Positions 58,101 through 64,000 of a stretch of DNA of 64,000 bases are shown here, in pieces. The stretch's first letter is position 1; every line of letters begins with the position of its first letter. Source of the stretch: Orbicella franksi. Its lineage: Eukaryota. The DNA lies in contig OZ116698.1 in assembly GCA_964199315.1 (NCBI GenBank), positions 21,700,001-21,764,000 on the forward strand. The letters are read 5' to 3'. Made by a program: the position numbers and the translations under genes. The notes beneath the pieces were generated by a model. That model searched no databases. It was not told the DNA's origin and worked only from the letters and a program-made list of their open reading frames with translations.

Positions 58101-61100
58101 GATGACTTTTCAAGCCAAGCCAGTTCAGATGTAAAGAGTTCTTATTCATTTTTGTGAGCATTAATCTGAGGAGTCAAGCTGAGGCAAGGTACGTCAGTTA
58201 TGGTTTCAGAAAGAGTTATTCGTTTTTAGTCCAACGGGCTAACAAACCCGGGAGCAACCTCAAGGGGTTCTTTTCTGAAGTGCTGAAACCGACCATGTTA
58301 GCAAAACTGATCTCTGCTAATAGTAAACCAACAATGCAGCTACACGCTAAGCTAGCTAATCTGTGTGAAATTTATGAACAGATTTTATAAAACATGCAAA
58401 TAGAATTTCAATATATATATGGAATTTGAAAACGCACTTATTTCTTTGAGCCAGTCAGGATACAGTAGCGCTTGGCTAAAAAGCTCAAAGCATGATTGGA
58501 AAGTTTGGAAGCGTTTGCACAACAGGTATATCAGCAGCTAACAGTACTGGATGGTTGTTTTCCTTACAAATTCAAAACACTTATTTGTTTTTTTTTTTCC
58601 TGCATGTAGTCGCTCGCCCGAATTGCAGAGTCATATCTCGTTTAGTACTTGTTGCGCGGGACTTTTCCCTCCAAAAATCAATTTACAATTGAATACATTC
58701 CGACAAGGCGTGTTCAACTGCTTCCAAATTTAAAATATTCATCGATTCGTTCCCCTTCACTTACGGCAGGTGGCTTAATGAAACAACAGAATACCTTTCC
58801 TAACAAACAATTGTTTCAACAACCTCTTCGATAACAAATCAAGGCGTCACAAGCCATTTTAGTGGCACCCAATCGACCTTCCCATCCCATTTTGCCGGCT
58901 GGACTTCTTTCTGAACCTAGCGCAAAAAATGAGATTTTGTTTATTTTTGGCTTCGTCAATGTTCATGTTTTGTCAATAGGAAAGATCGGTCTCGTCTTTG
59001 ATCAAGTCTTTGTTTGTATAGGTTCAGCGGGAAACATACACGGGTTGCGTGCCCGTTGATCGCATGCTATTGTGGTAGTAATATTGTTTGTTAACGGTAA
59101 TACTGCTGGTGACCGTTGAGGGGCGAGGAGCAATTCAAGTGCATGACGCAAGTTTTTGTTGCACATTCACGGAACGTTTTACTCATACCATCGAGCAACT
59201 GAAAACCCACGACAGTCTTTGGTCTTTTCTACAACTGATTACAGATTCTCACGCAGTTATAATTAGTATTTTGTTTACTTTTTTTGTTATTACGCATCTT
59301 GTTGGGCTTTGACTGATGAACTGCATCGTCAGCCATTGTTCTATTGAAGATGAAATAAATAATGCATTCTTTTTTTCGCCGGTCTGTATACCAAGTCTAT
59401 AAGCAGATATAAGCATCACTTGTCATTGCATGATTTATGACGTATTTATTGCTAGTTACTGAAGTTTGTGGAAAACACACAGTCTTTAAGTTCAAAACGC
59501 CCCCGAACTGTCGGGTTTGTGAGAGCTTGTGAGAGCCGCCTACGCCAAAGTCACCATCAGTTTGTAAAATGTGTCACTTCCAAACATAATTTTGATTGTT
59601 CGTCTGCCCCCCACCCCTTTTCAAATTAACAATTGAGCATGACTAAACTGCTAATTAGGATAATTCTCTCGTTTATTTCGACTTATTAAGCGATTGTTGT
59701 CTTTCACATTGAGTTTTGCGAAGGAAATGTCTCTCAACGGTGTTCTCGTTGCCTCAAGTGCAACTTAAGTCATCCAGCATCTTAAAACATATAACATTAC
59801 AAAACGTGCTTGGTTACCACAAAAACAAATTCAAAATTTATGATTCCAATATATTAAACAGAGTGCAAAAACCACTTTGCAGGAAGCTACTTCTCGTCAC
59901 GGAAGCCACTTCAGTACAAGAACCAATCAATCAGATGAACGAGCTAGAGTGGTGAATGACAGTGGTCAATCACGTCATCTTGTGGTCAGCAGTGAGTAGG
60001 TTTGTTTTAGAAATACAAACGCTCTTTCACTCCCTTCGCTTCCTTTATAGTTCTTTTTTTGGGACATTTTGTTGGCCTCACTATCAATATAAGTAGCCTG
60101 AACTTACCAAAGCGACCATAAACTATTTCCGTTGAAGTCATTAAGCTAATTTTTTAATTATTGCAAATTGGTACTCCTCTCTGACAGTGGCCCTTGAACG
60201 CGCTCTATCTCAATTTCAAAGAGGGAACATACTTGCGCTTAATATCAAAGCACACGCTACAGAAAGGTTTTTTAATGATTTCATAGTTACCTTAATAAGC
60301 TGACACAAACAAAACATTTGATTTAGATGGTTGCCATGAAGCCTTCACCAGCCAGGTATAAATATACTCCGTAAAGTTCAGCAAAGAGTGTCATGTAAAT
60401 TCTAATATAGCGTACGTATTTTCTATTTTCGTCAATATTTGTAATATCGATTTGAAAACAGATTCAAGAAATATTTGGTTCCCTTAGTTATCGATATAGG
60501 GGATTGTCAGTTACTGCCAAAATCCATCGTCCCCGAGAGTGGTGTTGCTAAGAAACATGCAAATAATGGACAAACAAGATTCAGAAAATCACTAAATCAG
60601 AAAAAAAAAAGTAAGAATTTCGTAGATTTTATTAGAAGCTGAGGGGGGGGGGGGGGGGAAGCATTTACTGTTTTGAAATTACAATACAAGTTGAAATGTA
60701 AATAGAAAAAAATAAAGTCAATGTAGTTCTTCTGCTTAGGTTAGAATTAGTTCTGCGTGTGAATTTGAGAATATCTCTCTAATATTCCCCAGTTTTAGTT
60801 GGAAAATATTCAGTCATGTGATGCGTTTAGACCAATCGCACGAGAGCAAAAATATTTGATTGACCGCAATTCATGATAAACGCTACCGTATAACAGTATA
60901 ATAGTTACTTTTTACGACTCACAGGCAAGTAAACTGAAAAAAAAGGACCAAACCCTAACTTCGTTTATTTTCAGCTTGGATAAGTTTACAAGCAATGCTA
61001 TAGTGACAAGACAATCAGCAAGCTCTTTCCCTCAGATAGCTTTATGGATACGACATGTACTTAGCAAAATCTCTATGCGCTGAGTATAATGCTAGACAAA

Positions 61101-64000
61101 TCGGCATCTAATTACAGTTTTGATTTGCTACTCTATTCAGTTATTGGTTGAATTTCGTCGAAATTCGTCCTATCGCCACATCAATGAACTAACATAAAGC
61201 TTAAGACAATCGGCTTTGAGAATTAATATTGTTATGTAAGGGTTAATAACTTTGAGCGAAGGCCGAGAGAGGGGAAAACAACAAGGTTGTCAAAAGACTG
61301 CGACATTTTCAGTCGCGGAAATGTTTTTCAGAAGAAACCGTCAGATTAACATCGTTTTCTTTGTTTCATCAGCGCATGCGCGCGTTCAGTTTTCTGCCAC
61401 TTCCACCCCTTTTTAAGTTTTTCCGTTTTCTAGATGTTCCTCTCCTGTACAGTCTAGAACGTTTATTTTTGGAAACTCTTAAAAGAAAGCCGACTTTCAT
61501 CAGCATAAACATGACAAGCATTGGAAGCTGCAATCTTCATGGCAGCCAAGTCTGATGATTTCTGGTGCCAAAGGTCGTAGCGATCAGCTTTCTCACTTTG
61601 ACAGGCGCTCTGAAATAATCCATATGATTTCTTTGATATAAATGAGCTGAAAGATTCTACGAGTCCTCCAGTTAGATTAAGGCTAACTCATTCGCACTCT
61701 TTACAGGAGCAATCATCATGATTTATATATCGTAGTCAAAGCTTTTTCCGGCTATGCTCCCTTCCAGATTTAATATTGTTTATTTACTTCATTCTTTTGA
61801 TTCTTTTGCTCGAACACGCACAGTCTTGAAATTTTTAGTGGAAGCTTCTTAGCTGCTGTCTGATACTTGGCACGGCTCGAAAGGAGGCGGAAATCTTGTT
61901 ATCTCTCTTCCCATATCAGGTGTACTGTCCTAAAAAAAATCCTCTAGACAGACTAATCTGAAAGGCCTGCATTTAAGACAACTGCTTACACATGTTAGCT
62001 GGCGAACAAATAGCTTTATCGCATAAGGAGTTTTCCAGTGTGTCAATTAATTAAAACAAGCAAGATATTGAACGCACGAGAAGGAGCACAACTGATAAGG
62101 AAATTCTTAACCTCTAGTTTTCCGATGTATAATTCGCAAGTGTGTGTGGAAATGCGGTCCACAATCTGTTTTTAGAAAATACAGACCAGACTTTGAAAAA
62201 TATAATCAAAAACTATATTTTTTTTTCAAGAGTCCAACCGGTATAGCAGAAATTCATGAGAATTGATGTCGAAATTAGTCAGAAAGAATTGAAGGGCCTT
62301 AACGTCATGTAATCAATATTAATACTGATCACTTTCAATTAAATTGTCCTACTTTAAGCAGGGTGGGGTTTTTATTAGTTTTACTTCTCAAAACTAGCCT
62401 TTAGATACCTTTTCTGAAAATAACAAAAGCCAATTTTTAGATTGCGAAGTTGTTCAGTTCTTTCAGTTCTTTTGCTACAGTCTCCAAGACTTGAGAAGCC
62501 ATAATGACAAAAGCGCGAATCTTGTGTCAGCACGGATTAAAGACCTTGGACCACTAGAAAAAACATGAGCATGTATCATTCCTGCATGGCTTTCTGTCTC
62601 CCTACAGATAATAGATTTCCATAACAATCTAGGCCATAGGGTTATCTGTCCACAACTATCAGCCCCATTAAGATTGCAGAGCACACCAGTAATTCTGTGG
62701 TTGTTTGGCCTCCGCATACACACATTTGCCCACACCTGACAGTTCAGTCATTTAACATGCTACTCTGATAATTAATCGAAACTTCAGTTACCGAAGTTTC
62801 GACCCTGTTGTTATTCGAAAAAGTTTCAAAAGAAAGTATTAAAGAAATACGATGAATGTTGCAAGAGTTAAACTCAGACAAATTCAAGAATTGAACTGAT
62901 TAAAAGCATTGCTGTTGTTTGACGCCACGTGGAAAGTAGCATGCGGATAATTGCTATAGGAAAGAACTCCTTTGTCTGCAGAAACAGAACAACAGGAAGT
63001 ACAACTGAAAGCAAGGTCAATGTTACAAAATGGTTCGAAAGTGAAATAAGCTGTGGAGGATGTCGTGAGATACGGATGGTGAAAGCGGAAAAAGTAACTC
63101 GTACAAAGAGGAACAAGTAACTCATACTGAAAGTGGAACAAGTAACTCATACAACTGCGAAAGTATTTTGTGTAAAGAGGTTGAACACTGATTTAAATTT
63201 TTTCCATTATTCGTCACAGTTTAAGCATATGCATGCTATTTCAGCAAGATCTGTTATAGTGACCCATATTCCTCTCTGATTCCTTGACAAAACTCGCCCT
63301 AAGGAAATCGAATCACCAACAACGACATTTGGAAGAGCAGACGGTTTTACACAGGAAGGTTTTCAGAAGAAGCTACCAGAAAGGCAATCTATTATTCTAA
63401 AGCTTAATCTTTCAAGGCCAAGAAAACAAATATTCATATTCTTGAAAATTCCACGGGTGAATAAATATTTTCTTTATTTGATCCCTGTATTCTTTTTATT
63501 TATCTCTGTCGCAACTAAACTCCATCTATTTGTTGATCTAAACAGACTAAATCTCGTGTGAGGAGTAAATATTCTATTATGTTAATGCGCTTAGTCGGTC
63601 GTAACTGTTGAATTAAGGTCGCGGCGGCTGGGTCCGGATTTTAATGACTAAAATTAACGTCGATAAGACTAAGTTGTAACATGGCGGATTTCAGTTCTTT
63701 TAGACACGAACTGTTAGCGCGATGACCAGGAGCACGTTCAAGGAATAACTGATTAAGAAACGTTACTTAAGCCGGTGATCTCTTTGTGCGCAAGCGATTT
63801 TCATGGAAATCAGGCACACCTCAAAACCCGCTTTGACAAGCCCGATAACAATGGATGCCACAAGGCTCATTCTTTTTATATCAAATCATAATTCATCATG
63901 ACCTCTCGCTGTGCTCTCGGGCTATATGTGGATCGAGTTTATTTTTGCAACCGAAAAAAAAAAGTGCTAACAAATTTTGTTTCGCGCGTGGACAGCGCTA

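Overview
Eukaryotic, intron-rich, AT-rich DNA. Gene structure and repeat families suggest a cnidarian, probably a stony coral (inference). I assembled two minus-strand genes by hand with phase-consistent splice sites. (1) The 5' third of a VPS13A/C-like lipid-transfer gene: 35 exons from ATG 29098 to 606, about 1091 aa, continuing off the window start. (2) A complete 19-exon Notch receptor gene, 54850-38926, 2078 aa: signal peptide, 26 EGF, 3 LNR, HD, TM, RAM, ANK and PEST. Introns and intergenic DNA hold many MITEs, SINEs, LINE tails and hAT-like elements with unusual 5- and 6-bp target-site duplications (TSDs). The most interesting signal is a candidate Notch autoregulatory circuit. A canonical 16-bp-spaced CSL paired site, flanked by Hes-type N-boxes, lies 1.8 kb downstream of the Notch stop, next to a candidate unannotated spliced transcript. 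Three perfect monomeric CSL sites cluster at the Notch promoter, and the NICD dimerisation residues are retained. The receptor itself is unusual: EGF1 is joined directly to an EGF8-like repeat, the EGF12 O-fucose site is absent, and the PEST tail is truncated. No database searches were possible; family assignments rest on recalled motifs.
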